Origin: an uncultured Ruminococcus sp.
GTDB lineage: Bacteria > Bacillota > Clostridia > Oscillospirales > CAG-272
Direction of reading: 5' to 3'
Assembly: GCA_964441695.1 (NCBI GenBank)
Contig: CAYYKO010000001.1
Span: 26,781 to 90,780 of the forward strand
DNA: 64,000 nt
A program made the position numbers and the translations under genes. Position 1 is the first letter of the stretch; every line of letters starts with the position of its first letter. Positions 27,842-36,894 of this stretch are shown here, in pieces. The notes beneath the pieces were generated by a model. The model ran no database searches and was not told the DNA's origin. It saw only the letters and a list, made by a program, of their open reading frames with translations.

Positions 27842-28369
27842 ATGGCACTGAATAAATATCTCCTTTGCGCGCGTGTTACCGGAACTCACGGAGTCACCGG
27901 AACGCTCCGCCTTGAGAGCTTCACCGACTCACCGAGGATACTCAAGGGTCTTTCTACCGTGTATCTTTTGACACCGAACGGAGACGCGACTCCGCTGAAG
28001 GTCGAGAGAGCCTCCGTACAGAAGCAGGCGGTCCTCATGAAGCTTGAGACGATAAACACGCTCGAGGAGGCGATAACGTGGAAGGGTCGCGAGCTTTACG
28101 CCGCGCGAGAGGATTTTCATCTTGAGGACGGAGACTGGTTCGTCGCGGATGTTATAGGTCTTTCCGTATTTGACGACGAAAGCGGCGAGAAGCTCGGCAC
28201 GGTCGGCGATGTCATGACCGACAGGATCCAGAATATTTTCGTCATAAACGATGTGCGCGGCGGAAGCTTCATGGTACCGCAGGTCGATCAGTTTATAAAG
28301 CGTGTCACGGTCGAGGGAGAGGCTGCCGGTGTATACGTGTCGCTGATCGACGGAATGCGCGAAAATTGA
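27842..28369 (+). CDS. rimM: 16S rRNA processing protein RimM
   Basis: ARVTGTHGVTGTLRLESFTDSP is the N-terminal RimM signature. A PRC-barrel-like C-terminus follows. I chose ATG 27842 over the upstream track start. Confidence 0.85.
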   Translation: MALNKYLLCARVTGTHGVTGTLRLESFTDSPRILKGLSTVYLLTPNGDATPLKVERASVQKQAVLMKLETINTLEEAITWKGRELYAAREDFHLEDGDWFVADVIGLSVFDDESGEKLGTVGDVMTDRIQNIFVINDVRGGSFMVPQVDQFIKRVTVEGEAAGVYVSLIDGMREN

Positions 28370-28462
28370 GACAGACTGCGCCGCACCGTGTGCTGATGTC
28401 ACCTTTATGACTCATGCAAACGGGTGCAAATATCACAGCCGCACGGCGGAACGGAGAGGTAT

Positions 28463-29161
28463 ATGAATATCGATATAATGACGCTGTTTCCCGAGTATGT
28501 TGACACGGTGCTGTCGGAGAGCATAATCGGGCGCGCGAGAAGGAGCGGCAAGCTTACCGTTGCCGCGCACAATATCAGGGATTATTCCGAGGACAAGCAT
28601 CGCCGAGTCGACGACACGCCCTACGGCGGCGGAAAGGGCATGCTTATGGCGGCGCCGCCGATCTACCGCTGCCGCGAGGCAATACTCGCAGAGCGCGGCT
28701 ATGACGCCGACAGCAGAATATGTACTGTATATATGTCGCCGCGGGGACGCGTGTTCAATCAGAAGACGGCAAAGGAGCTGTCCGAGCTTGATGGGCTTAT
28801 AATCCTCTGCGGGCATTACGAGGGCGTCGACGAGAGGATAATTGAGGAGACGGTGGATATGGAGCTGTCCGTCGGAGACTTCGTTCTCACGGGCGGCGAG
28901 ATACCCGCGTGCATTGTCGCGGATGCCGTCGGCAGACTGTGCGACGGCGTGCTTTCGGATCCCGAATGCCATGAGAAGGAGTCGTTTTCCGACGGGCTGC
29001 TCGAATATCCGCAATACACACGACCCTACGAATATCACGGAATGAAGGTTCCTGACGTGCTTTTGTCGGGACATCACGAGAATATCGAAAAATGGCGCCG
29101 TGAAAGGTCGCTTGAGCTGACGGCGGCTCGCCGCCCCGACCTGCTTGAGAAAGACACCTAA
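28463..29161 (+). CDS. trmD: tRNA (guanine37-N1)-methyltransferase
   Basis: MNIDIMTLFPEY..., DTPYGGGKGM, CGHYEGVDERI and GDFVLTGGE. ATG 28463 follows GGAGAGG. Confidence 0.92.
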   Translation: MNIDIMTLFPEYVDTVLSESIIGRARRSGKLTVAAHNIRDYSEDKHRRVDDTPYGGGKGMLMAAPPIYRCREAILAERGYDADSRICTVYMSPRGRVFNQKTAKELSELDGLIILCGHYEGVDERIIEETVDMELSVGDFVLTGGEIPACIVADAVGRLCDGVLSDPECHEKESFSDGLLEYPQYTRPYEYHGMKVPDVLLSGHHENIEKWRRERSLELTAARRPDLLEKDT

Positions 29162-29715
29162 GACAGATAGTCCGATATACCGCGAGCGATGCCCTCGGCA
29201 AACAGCTCGGGCTCGCTTTCCATAAGACTTGCCTCACCGGGGTTTGTGATAAAGCCGAGCTCAACGAGCACCGAGGGCATTTGCGTGCGCCGTAGCACAT
29301 AAAGTGACGGTCGCGGGAAAACGCCTCGTGTCGGAAGGGCGGTCGACGAGCGCAGCGAGCGAAGTATAGCCTCGGCAAGGTAGTACGCGTCGCTGTTGCG
29401 ACGAAAGACATACGCTTCACTGCCGACGGCTGACGCGTCGGAGGAGGCGTTTGTGTGGATGCTGATGAAATAATCCGCGCCCCAGGAATTCGCGCCGTTT
29501 ACCCGCGCGGCGAGCGAGGAGGCATTCGAGCTTCCGAGCTGAGTCGACGCGGTCGGTCTTGACAGACGTGTCTCATAGCCGTCGGAGCGCAGAAGCGACG
29601 ACAGAAGCTGCGAGACGGTGTAGGTGATATCCTGTTCGCGCAGTCCGTTGCCCTCGGCTCCCGCGTTCGGGTTTTGAGGATTGTGACCTGCGTCTATGTA
29701 TATTTTGATTGCCAA
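29158..29715 (-). CDS. N-acetylmuramoyl-L-alanine amidase (Amidase_3, CwlD-like)
   Basis: IYIDAGHNPQNPNAGAEG, DYFISIHTNAS, GSEAYVF and VLVELGFITNPGEA. I chose the TTG start at 29715, 6 nt after GAAGGGAGA. The longer track ORF would collide with the divergent gene. TAG stop. Confidence 0.8.
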   Translation of the reverse strand: MAIKIYIDAGHNPQNPNAGAEGNGLREQDITYTVSQLLSSLLRSDGYETRLSRPTASTQLGSSNASSLAARVNGANSWGADYFISIHTNASSDASAVGSEAYVFRRNSDAYYLAEAILRSLRSSTALPTRGVFPRPSLYVLRRTQMPSVLVELGFITNPGEASLMESEPELFAEGIARGISDYLS

Positions 29716-29792
29716 TTGTGTTCTCCCTTCGGGATGCTTTTCACAGGATATTTTATTCATTCGAGTGTCACCTTGACACTCGCGGAGGTAAT

Positions 29793-30524
29793 GTGATAAA
29801 GGAAATCGATAAAATAACGGGCAGACTTCGCCGTGCGGTCGAGAGATATTCGATGATACTGCCGTCGGATAAAATATGCGTCGGCGTGTCCGGCGGCAAG
29901 GATTCGCTCGTGCTGCTGGCGGCGCTCGCACACATGCGACGCTTTGCCGACTTCGACTATGAGCTCGAGGCGGTGACGGTCGATAACGGCCTTGCCTTCG
30001 GAGCTCGCGCAGATTTTACTGCGGTCGGCGAGCTGTGTACTCGGCTCGGCGTGCGTCACACCGTGATAAGGACGGATATTTCGAAGATCGTCTTCGAGCT
30101 GCGGCAGGAGAAGAATCCTTGCAGCCTCTGCGCCTCGCTCAGACGAGGCGCGCTGACGGGAGCCGCGCGCGAGCTCGGCTGCACAGCTGTCGCGCTCGGT
30201 CATCACCTTGACGACGCGGCTGAGACGTATCTTATGAATATAATCCTGACGGGACGAGCGGGCTGCTTTTCGCCCGTTGCCGACTACGAGGAGTCGGGGC
30301 TTCGGCTTATTAGACCCATGATATACCTGCGCGAGACGGAGATATCCTCCGTCGCCCTGCGTGCCGAGCTTCCCGTCATCGAAAAAACCTGTCCGCTCGA
30401 CGGCGAGACGGAGCGCACGCATTTTAAGGCTCTCCTGCGCGAGGAGGATAGGCGCCATCGTGGAGTTTACACCAGGGTGCTCGGCGCGCTCGAGAGAAGC
30501 GGCGTTGACGGCTGGCATACCTGA
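29793..30524 (+). CDS. PP-loop ATP pyrophosphatase, TtcA-like tRNA thiolation enzyme
   Basis: SGGKDS PP-loop (VGVSGGKDSLV) and the CxxC motif NPCSLCASLRRG. GTG start at 29793 follows GGAGGT. Confidence 0.7.
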   Translation: MIKEIDKITGRLRRAVERYSMILPSDKICVGVSGGKDSLVLLAALAHMRRFADFDYELEAVTVDNGLAFGARADFTAVGELCTRLGVRHTVIRTDISKIVFELRQEKNPCSLCASLRRGALTGAARELGCTAVALGHHLDDAAETYLMNIILTGRAGCFSPVADYEESGLRLIRPMIYLRETEISSVALRAELPVIEKTCPLDGETERTHFKALLREEDRRHRGVYTRVLGALERSGVDGWHT

Positions 30525-30554
30525 TGCATAATGCGGCGCGACGGCACATAATAT

Positions 30555-31079
30555 TTGCGTGACGATTTTTTTGTCACGGAGAACGGTATGCGAGGAAGGC
30601 TGACATGTGAGCTCAGGGCTGTTTTTAACTGTAAGAGAGAACTGCTGCGCGCGACGGCGCTTTCGCTCGGCGCGGGAATATGGACGCTGCTCGTCTGTCG
30701 GGACGTGTCGCTCATATGGAGAATATCTCACCATCCGCCGCTGACACTGCCGCTGCTTGCGATACGGTGCGCTTTCCTTGCCGTTTGCGCCGTGTACGGC
30801 ATTTTGAACTGTGTGCTCGGCTCGACCTGTGCGGGGCGCGACCGCTTGCTACTGTCGGTTATTTCGCAGGCTTTTTTTGTGCTCTGGTATCCGACAGCGC
30901 TGCTTTCGGGAATATTCACGCTGTCCTTTGTCGCGCTCTGCTTTTCGGCTGCGGCACTGCTGCTTGCGACGGCACGCGCCGCCTTTTGCCGTGCGTTCTT
31001 TGCGGCAGCACGCGTCTTAATGCTTACGGTAATGGCATATTTTGCATATATTGCGCTCGGAACGGCGCCTCTTGGGTAA
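30555..31079 (+). CDS. hypothetical polytopic membrane protein
   Basis: An ORF with four or five hydrophobic segments. I recognise no motif, and the start is uncertain. Confidence 0.35.
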   Translation: MRDDFFVTENGMRGRLTCELRAVFNCKRELLRATALSLGAGIWTLLVCRDVSLIWRISHHPPLTLPLLAIRCAFLAVCAVYGILNCVLGSTCAGRDRLLLSVISQAFFVLWYPTALLSGIFTLSFVALCFSAAALLLATARAAFCRAFFAAARVLMLTVMAYFAYIALGTAPLG

Positions 31080-31116
31080 AAAAACTCGGTTTTTCGCGCG
31101 GATTCTTTATTGGGTA

Positions 31117-31145
31117 TTGACAAACACCGATAAATCAATTATAAT
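31117..31145 (+). promoter_or_regulatory. exact consensus sigma-A promoter
   Basis: TTGACA (31117-31122), 17 nt spacer, TATAAT (31140-31145). Confidence 0.65.
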
Positions 31146-31180
31146 TACATCGGAAGTATACAATTATGCGGAGGCACACA

Positions 31181-31672
31181 ATGAAATTTATTAAATTTGC
31201 GGCTTTGATTCTTTCAGTCACCTTTCTGACATTCCTTCTTCCCGCCTGCGGCGAGGTCGTTACCGTCAATAATGTCCGTCTCGGCTTTATCACGGTCGAC
31301 ACAGAGGGCAACGAAACGGCGTTCATCGATACCATGGTCGCTGACATAAAGTCCACGGACGGCGAACAGCCCACGGTTCTTGATGCGGTCATTCAGATCC
31401 TTGAGGAGAACGGTATCTCCTACAAGCTCGACAGCGAGGGTGAGTCCGTAAGAACGGTCAAGGCAAAGTCCGAGAGCACTAAGAACGGCTATTCCTACTA
31501 TTGGGAATTCACCGTAAACGGCAAGGCAGGTAAGAGAGCCGGTGAGATGGCGCTGAATGAGAACGACATCATCGTTTACTCGCTTATCCCCTCTAAGGCA
31601 GCCGGCGGCGCTACAGCCGACACAGACAGTGCAGATGTTGACGATGCAGTCGACACTGAGGCTGCCGAGTAA
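31181..31672 (+). CDS. DUF4430-family lipoprotein
   Basis: Lipoprotein signal MKFIKFAALILSVTFLTFLLPAC. YYWEFTVNGKAGKRAGEMALNENDIIVY fits the DUF4430 (transcobalamin-like) pattern. Acidic tail. ATG follows GGAGG. Confidence 0.65.
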   Translation: MKFIKFAALILSVTFLTFLLPACGEVVTVNNVRLGFITVDTEGNETAFIDTMVADIKSTDGEQPTVLDAVIQILEENGISYKLDSEGESVRTVKAKSESTKNGYSYYWEFTVNGKAGKRAGEMALNENDIIVYSLIPSKAAGGATADTDSADVDDAVDTEAAE

Positions 31673-31698
31673 TTCACACCGGTACAAAACAGAGAATA

Positions 31699-31740
31699 AG
31701 CATCCCGCATATCGAGTAAAAGATATGCGGGATGCTTTTT
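31699..31740. terminator. strong intrinsic terminator (15-bp stem plus T5)
   Basis: AGCATCCCGCATATC pairs with GATATGCGGGATGCT, followed by TTTTT. It lies between convergent genes. Confidence 0.85.
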
Positions 31741-31796
31741 GCCGAAAACGGCGCACCCCCCGAGAGGTGCGCCGCTTTGCATTCGTGTTATAGCCT

Positions 31797-32774
31797 TTAT
31801 TTGTCGTCGTTTTCATCCTCTGCGTGAAATCTGTCACAGCAGGGGTCGTCGGAGGACTTTTCGGCTTCGTCCTCGGCGGGATGAGTTGCGTCGCCGAGAC
31901 CTGTGCTTTCCGAGAAGAGAATATTCGCCTTCACGGCGTTTACGGCGTCGGTCGGGATGATTATCTTCGCAGCCTTGCCGTCGGAGAGCTTTACGAGCGC
32001 CTCGTATTTCTTGAGCTCAAGCACGGCAGCGTCGGGGGACGCCTCGCGAAGAAGTGCAAGACCGCGAGCCTCAGCCTCCTTGGCAAGGTAAATCGCGCGT
32101 GCCTCACCCTCTGCGCGTGCGATGCGCGCGTCACGCTCACCCTCGGCGGCAAGTATCATCGCCTGCTTTTCGCCCTGTGCGCGTGTAATTGACGCTGCCT
32201 TGTGTCCCTCTGCCTGTAAAAGCGTCTCGCGTCGGTCGCGCTCCGCCTTCATCTGCTTCTCCATCGCGTTCTGTATTTCCGCGGGCGGGATAATGTTCTT
32301 CAGCTCCACGCGGTTGACCTTGATGCCCCACTGGTCGGTCGCCTCGTCGAGAATTGCGGTCATCTTGCAGTTTATCGTGTCACGCGAGGTGAGCGTGCCG
32401 TCAAGCTCGAGCTCACCGACAATATTTCGAAGCGTCGTCGCCGTCAGATTTTCAAGCGCGCCTATCGGATTTACGGCGCCGTAGGTGAACAGCTTCGCGT
32501 CGAAGATGCGGAAGAATACGACAGTGTCGATCTGCATTGTGACATTGTCCTTCGTGATGACCGGCTGCGGCGGGGAGTCGAGCACCTGCTCCTTGAGCGT
32601 GACGCGGCGCGCTATTTTCTCAAGAAACGGAAGCTTTATGTGAATTCCCGCCGTCCAGGTCGTCTTATATTTTCCGAGAAATTCCACGACGTCCTCGGTC
32701 GCTTGAGGGACGATCTTGATGTTAGCCAGAAGTATGACGGCGACTATCGCCGCGATAATTAATAATACAGTCAT
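31797..32774 (-). CDS. SPFH/band-7 (stomatin-like) membrane protein
   Basis: An N-terminal TM helix followed by the SPFH core (VITKDNVTMQIDTVVFFRI..., WGIKVNRVELKNIIPP) and a coiled-coil region. Acidic Cys-containing tail. Confidence 0.88.
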   Translation of the reverse strand: MTVLLIIAAIVAVILLANIKIVPQATEDVVEFLGKYKTTWTAGIHIKLPFLEKIARRVTLKEQVLDSPPQPVITKDNVTMQIDTVVFFRIFDAKLFTYGAVNPIGALENLTATTLRNIVGELELDGTLTSRDTINCKMTAILDEATDQWGIKVNRVELKNIIPPAEIQNAMEKQMKAERDRRETLLQAEGHKAASITRAQGEKQAMILAAEGERDARIARAEGEARAIYLAKEAEARGLALLREASPDAAVLELKKYEALVKLSDGKAAKIIIPTDAVNAVKANILFSESTGLGDATHPAEDEAEKSSDDPCCDRFHAEDENDDK

Positions 32775-32799
32775 GTTTCCTGTCCTTTCGTTATATAAT

Positions 32800-34020
32800 T
32801 CAGTCCGTTATGCGGCGTGCCTCAAGATAGTATCTCTTGCTGTAGGCGTCGCCCATCGAGAATGTCTTTCGCGGGAGCGGACCGTCTGCGATGTACTCGA
32901 ACAGGCGCGACTTATCGAAGCCCTCGAACATGAATGCGACGGAGTCTTCGTCGCGTGCAAGCGCTCTCAGCGCGTCCTCGCCGTGAATGTAGTCGCATTC
33001 CCCGCAGCTTTCCGCAAGGTACGCATCAATGAAATTCTGAAGCGTGCCGACGGTCATTGCGTGTGTCGGAGTGCGGAAGGAAAGCTTCTTTTCGACGCCT
33101 GCCGAAAGAACCGTGATGCACTGTGCGCCGTCGTCCTCGCAAGTGATCTCTTCGAGCGCGGCGAGAAGCCTTTTGCAGTCGGTCTTCTTGACAATGCGGT
33201 GGATCGGCTCAAAGTCTATCGCATCGTCTTTGATTGACACGATCTCGCACAGAGCGTAGCGCGCGGGATGCTCGCTTGCCGCCTCGCCGAGACGCTCCTT
33301 TACCGATTCGTAGTGGCTCTTTGCCGCCGCGAGAGAATGGTTTCCGTCGCCGACAGCGTAGGGAAGCGCGGAGGTGCGCTCATTTTCGGCAATTGTATTA
33401 CCGAGAGAGGCGGCTGCCTCGCCCTCGAGCGCATAGCCTTTAATATGACCGCCGCCCTCCATGAGCTCGAAGTCGTAGAGCACATTTTCCTCGGCGGCAA
33501 GGCTTTTTGCCTGTTCGAAAAGGGAATGCGTGTCGTCTGCGAATATCATGATGTGCGGAAGCTCGATGCTTGCCGCCGCACGCATTTCGCGGCGCGGGGG
33601 AATGCGGTCTGTCACCGTCTGCTCTGTTGCGCGCACAGCCGAGCATGACTTCGGCGAGTAGTCGTAATGCTCAAGGTCGACCATGCCGAGGAGCCCGCGT
33701 CGTGTTTTTCCGCCTGTCAGCGTGCGCTCAATGTAGACAAAGCCGTCGACGCATCTCCAGGGAAGCGAGAGCGCCGTTTTCATATGCGAGCGAAGAAGCT
33801 CCGCCTTCTGCGCCTCGCGGGGCGTCTTGAGATATGCTTCGGGGAGTATGTAATTATATGCGGACTCGGATGAGCCGACAAGACTCTCGACGCGATCCCA
33901 GTAGGATATATCCGAGGTGAACTGATCGCAGGCGATCACTGCCCATTTTTCAAAATCGCGAGAGGAGCTCTGAAAGCTCGGCAGCAGAATATGCGACGCG
34001 GAGAATACGGTGTTTTTCAT
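32800..34020 (-). CDS. DUF1015-like conserved protein of unknown function
   Basis: 406 aa. VIACDQFTSD and VGDGNHSLAAAK resemble the PPYD and ADGHHR blocks I recall for DUF1015. The assignment is tentative. Confidence 0.45.
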   Translation of the reverse strand: MKNTVFSASHILLPSFQSSSRDFEKWAVIACDQFTSDISYWDRVESLVGSSESAYNYILPEAYLKTPREAQKAELLRSHMKTALSLPWRCVDGFVYIERTLTGGKTRRGLLGMVDLEHYDYSPKSCSAVRATEQTVTDRIPPRREMRAAASIELPHIMIFADDTHSLFEQAKSLAAEENVLYDFELMEGGGHIKGYALEGEAAASLGNTIAENERTSALPYAVGDGNHSLAAAKSHYESVKERLGEAASEHPARYALCEIVSIKDDAIDFEPIHRIVKKTDCKRLLAALEEITCEDDGAQCITVLSAGVEKKLSFRTPTHAMTVGTLQNFIDAYLAESCGECDYIHGEDALRALARDEDSVAFMFEGFDKSRLFEYIADGPLPRKTFSMGDAYSKRYYLEARRITD

Positions 34021-34146
34021 GATAAGACTTGCCTTTCGGGGGAGAATGTTTTATTTAGCTTGATTATAGCATTCATTTTACCGCTTGTCAATAGACTCTC
34101 CCACTGTACGTGCGCTTTTTCTTTCAATATTTGTTGAAATGTAATA

Positions 34147-34175
34147 TTGACTTTGAGCTCGCGAGTAAATATAAT
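34147..34175 (+). promoter_or_regulatory. sigma-A-type promoter for aspartate kinase
   Basis: TTGACT (34147-34152), 17 nt spacer, TATAAT (34170-34175). Confidence 0.6.
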
Positions 34176-34207
34176 ATATAATGAATTTTTATATATTGAG
34201 GTATGCT

Positions 34208-35548
34208 ATGGAAAACGTGAGTTTTGACGCCGCACTGAAGGTCGTCAAATTCGGCGGAAGCTCTCTCGCCGATGCCGAGCAGTTCAAAAAGGTGCGTGAT
34301 ATTGTGCTCGATGAGCCGTCGCGCCGCTATGTTGTCCCCTCCGCGCCCGGAAAGCGCTTTAAGGAAGACGATAAGGTCACAGACCTTCTTTATCAATGCT
34401 ATAATCTTTCGGCGAAGGGAGAGCCCATCGACGAGGCGTTTGACAAGATCATCGAGAGATATGATTCCATTGTCAACGAGCTCAACGTCGACCTCGATCT
34501 TTCCGACGAATATCTTCACATAAAGTGGTCGATAAAGCACCACGCAGGTCGCGACTACGCCGCAAGCCGCGGAGAATATCTCAACGGAAAGATACTCGCC
34601 GCATACCTCGGCTACGATTTCGTCGACCCGACCGTATTTATCAAATTCGGCGACGATGGTGTTTTCGATTCCGAGATCACGAATACTCTGCTTTCCGCAG
34701 AGCTTGCCGAGCACGAGAGAGCGGTCATTCCCGGCTTCTACGGCTCAATGCCGAACGGCACCATCAAGACCTTCTCGCGCGGCGGCTCCGATATCACCGG
34801 CTCTATCGTCGCAAGAGCGGTCAATGCCGACATTTACGAGAACTGGACAGATGTCGACGGCTTCCTCATGGCTGACCCGAGAATAGTCGAGTCTCCGCGC
34901 GTTATTTCTACAATTACCTACCGCGAGCTTCGCGAGCTGTCCTACATGGGCGCGGGCGTACTCCACGAGGACTCGATCTTCCCGGTCCGCGTTGCGGGAA
35001 TTCCGATAAACATCAGAAACACAAACAACAAAAACAGCCGCGGCACGATGATCGTTCCCGCAGCGGAGCAGTTTGACACCTCGAGAGTAATTACCGGAAT
35101 TGCCGGTAAGAAGGGCTTTTCCGTTCTCAGCATTGAGAAGGCCATGATGAACTCGGAGACCGGCTTCGGTCGCCGCGTGCTCGAGGCTATCGAGGACGAG
35201 GGCATTTCCTTCGAGCATCTTCCCTCCGGTATCGACACGATGTGCGTTATCCTCAACACACAGGAGATCGCGGATCACAAGAAGACGATACTCGAGTCGA
35301 TCTGTGAGTCGGTGTCTCCCGACGCTGTTGCCATCGAGGACGGTCTCGCGCTTATCGCAGTCGTCGGTCGCGCAATGCCGAAGGCGAAGGGCACAGCCTA
35401 CAGAGTATTCAAGGCTGTGGCGGAGGCAGGAATAAACATTCGAATGATAGACCAGGGCTCGTCAGAGCTCAATATCATTCTCGGCGTGGATGAGGCTGAC
35501 TTCGATGTAGCTCTCAACGCCATCTATTCCGAATTCGTTAAGGACTAA
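34208..35548 (+). CDS. aspartate kinase
   Basis: VVKFGGSSLADAEQF, an amino-acid kinase fold and C-terminal tandem ACT-like regions (LALIAVVGRAM..., INIRMIDQGSSELNIILGV). ATG 34208 follows GAGGT. Confidence 0.88.
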   Translation: MENVSFDAALKVVKFGGSSLADAEQFKKVRDIVLDEPSRRYVVPSAPGKRFKEDDKVTDLLYQCYNLSAKGEPIDEAFDKIIERYDSIVNELNVDLDLSDEYLHIKWSIKHHAGRDYAASRGEYLNGKILAAYLGYDFVDPTVFIKFGDDGVFDSEITNTLLSAELAEHERAVIPGFYGSMPNGTIKTFSRGGSDITGSIVARAVNADIYENWTDVDGFLMADPRIVESPRVISTITYRELRELSYMGAGVLHEDSIFPVRVAGIPINIRNTNNKNSRGTMIVPAAEQFDTSRVITGIAGKKGFSVLSIEKAMMNSETGFGRRVLEAIEDEGISFEHLPSGIDTMCVILNTQEIADHKKTILESICESVSPDAVAIEDGLALIAVVGRAMPKAKGTAYRVFKAVAEAGINIRMIDQGSSELNIILGVDEADFDVALNAIYSEFVKD

Positions 35549-35554
35549 ATGCAC

Positions 35555-35592
35555 AAAGAGCTGCGGCGCACACCGTGCATCGCAGCTCTTTT
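35555..35592. terminator. bidirectional terminator hairpin
   Basis: AAAGAGCTGCG (35555-35565) pairs with CGCAGCTCTTT (35581-35591). It lies between convergent stops at 35548 (+) and 35599 (-). Confidence 0.6.
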
Positions 35593-35598
35593 GAGTAT

Positions 35599-35937
35599 TC
35601 ACGCAAGCTTCAAGGGAAGCTTTGTACCGCCGAGAATGTGGAAGTGCAGGTGATGCACGCTCTGTCCTCCGTCCTCACCCACGTTGGTGATGACGCGGTA
35701 GCCGTTTTCGAGTCCCTCTGCGTGCGCTATCTTCGGTATGCACGTGAAAATGTGCGCGACGACGTCGGCGTTTGCTTCGTTCAGCTCGTCTGCGGAGGCT
35801 ATATGACACTTCGGTATAACGAGAATGTGTACGGGTGCTTCGGGGTTAACGTCGCGGAACGCGAGGATTCGGTCGTCCTCATAAACCTTGGTCGACGGGA
35901 TCTCACCGGCGATTATCTTGCAGAAAATACAGTCCAT
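35599..35937 (-). CDS. HIT-family (HinT-like) nucleotide hydrolase
   Basis: CIFCKII...AFRD and the histidine triad HHLHFHILGG. Confidence 0.9.
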   Translation of the reverse strand: MDCIFCKIIAGEIPSTKVYEDDRILAFRDVNPEAPVHILVIPKCHIASADELNEANADVVAHIFTCIPKIAHAEGLENGYRVITNVGEDGGQSVHHLHFHILGGTKLPLKLA

Positions 35938-35972
35938 TTTTCAGCTCTCCTTTACTGTTTAGGCTTGCATAT

Positions 35973-36001
35973 ATGATATCACAAAAAGAAAAATAAATCA
36001 A
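35973..36001 (-). promoter_or_regulatory. sigma-A-type promoter for the HIT gene
   Basis: Minus strand: TTGATT (36001-35996), 17 nt spacer, TATCAT (35978-35973). Confidence 0.45.
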
Positions 36002-36047
36002 GGCTTGTCGGAGCTGTCTTGTGCTTTGACGGGCAAAGAGGTGCCCT

Positions 36048-36860
36048 ATGCGGAAAATATTCGATATTCATACACATATCTACCCCGAGAAGATAGCGGA
36101 CAAGGCCTCGCGCAACCTCGGTGCGTTTTACGACTTTGTGGTCGAGGGAGAGGGAACCTACGGGGCTCTTGAGGCGACGGGTGCCGCTTCGGGCGTGCGC
36201 GGCTTTCTTCTGCTCGGCGTTGCGACAAATCCGACGCAGGTCGAGAGCGTGAACAATTTCATCTCCGATACCGTAAAGCTTTCACGCTCGCGCGGCTTTC
36301 ACACCTTCGGCTTTTTCGGGATGCATCAGGACTACCCCGATTTCGCCTCGGAGATCGACAGATGTGCTTCACTCGGGCTGTCGGGAGTGAAGCTTCACCC
36401 CGATATCCAGAGAGTGGATATCGACGACAGGCGTCTGTTTGAGCTTTACGACGCAATACAGGGGCGCATCCCGCTGTATCTGCACATGGGCGACGACCGC
36501 CCGCAGTACAGATATTCGGAGCCCGAGAAGCTCGCACGTGTGCTTGACGAGTTCCCGCGCCTTACAGTCTTTGCCGCGCATCTCGGCGGATACCGCGCGT
36601 GGGACAGTGCAGTGCCGCTCCTTGCGGGACGCGAGAATGTGTATTACGATACGTCGAGTGCGCTGTGGGCGATGAGCACGTCGCGCGCGAATGAGATAAT
36701 TTCAAAGCTCGGCACGGAGCGGATAATGTTCGGCACGGATTACCCCGTCAAGACCGCCGAGGAGGAGATCGCGCGAGTTATGTCGCTTGATCTCACGGAT
36801 GACGAGAGAGAAAAAATATTCTGGAAAAACGCCGCGGAATTTTTCGGCATCGACGAGTAA
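36048..36860 (+). CDS. metal-dependent amidohydrolase (TIM-barrel, Amidohydro_2-like)
   Basis: The N-terminal DIHTHIYP metal-binding motif, with later HLGG and FGTDYP motifs. Confidence 0.7.
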   Translation: MRKIFDIHTHIYPEKIADKASRNLGAFYDFVVEGEGTYGALEATGAASGVRGFLLLGVATNPTQVESVNNFISDTVKLSRSRGFHTFGFFGMHQDYPDFASEIDRCASLGLSGVKLHPDIQRVDIDDRRLFELYDAIQGRIPLYLHMGDDRPQYRYSEPEKLARVLDEFPRLTVFAAHLGGYRAWDSAVPLLAGRENVYYDTSSALWAMSTSRANEIISKLGTERIMFGTDYPVKTAEEEIARVMSLDLTDDEREKIFWKNAAEFFGIDE

Positions 36861-36894
36861 GACGAGCGGTGAGAGTGACATGTGAGGTGGTAAA

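Noticed and set aside
29716-29931. Longer N-terminal extensions of the amidase (track start 29931) and of the TtcA-like gene (track start 29709), which would overlap each other.
   Set aside because: The extensions are Arg/Pro-rich junk without an RBS. Internal TTG 29715 and GTG 29793 each have strong Shine-Dalgarno sites and leave a sensible 77-bp divergent spacer.
31146-31180. Cobalamin riboswitch upstream of the DUF4430 lipoprotein. Also a lysine riboswitch or T-box upstream of aspartate kinase (34176-34207).
   Set aside because: The leaders between the predicted -10 boxes and the start codons are only about 30 nt, too short for any of these elements.
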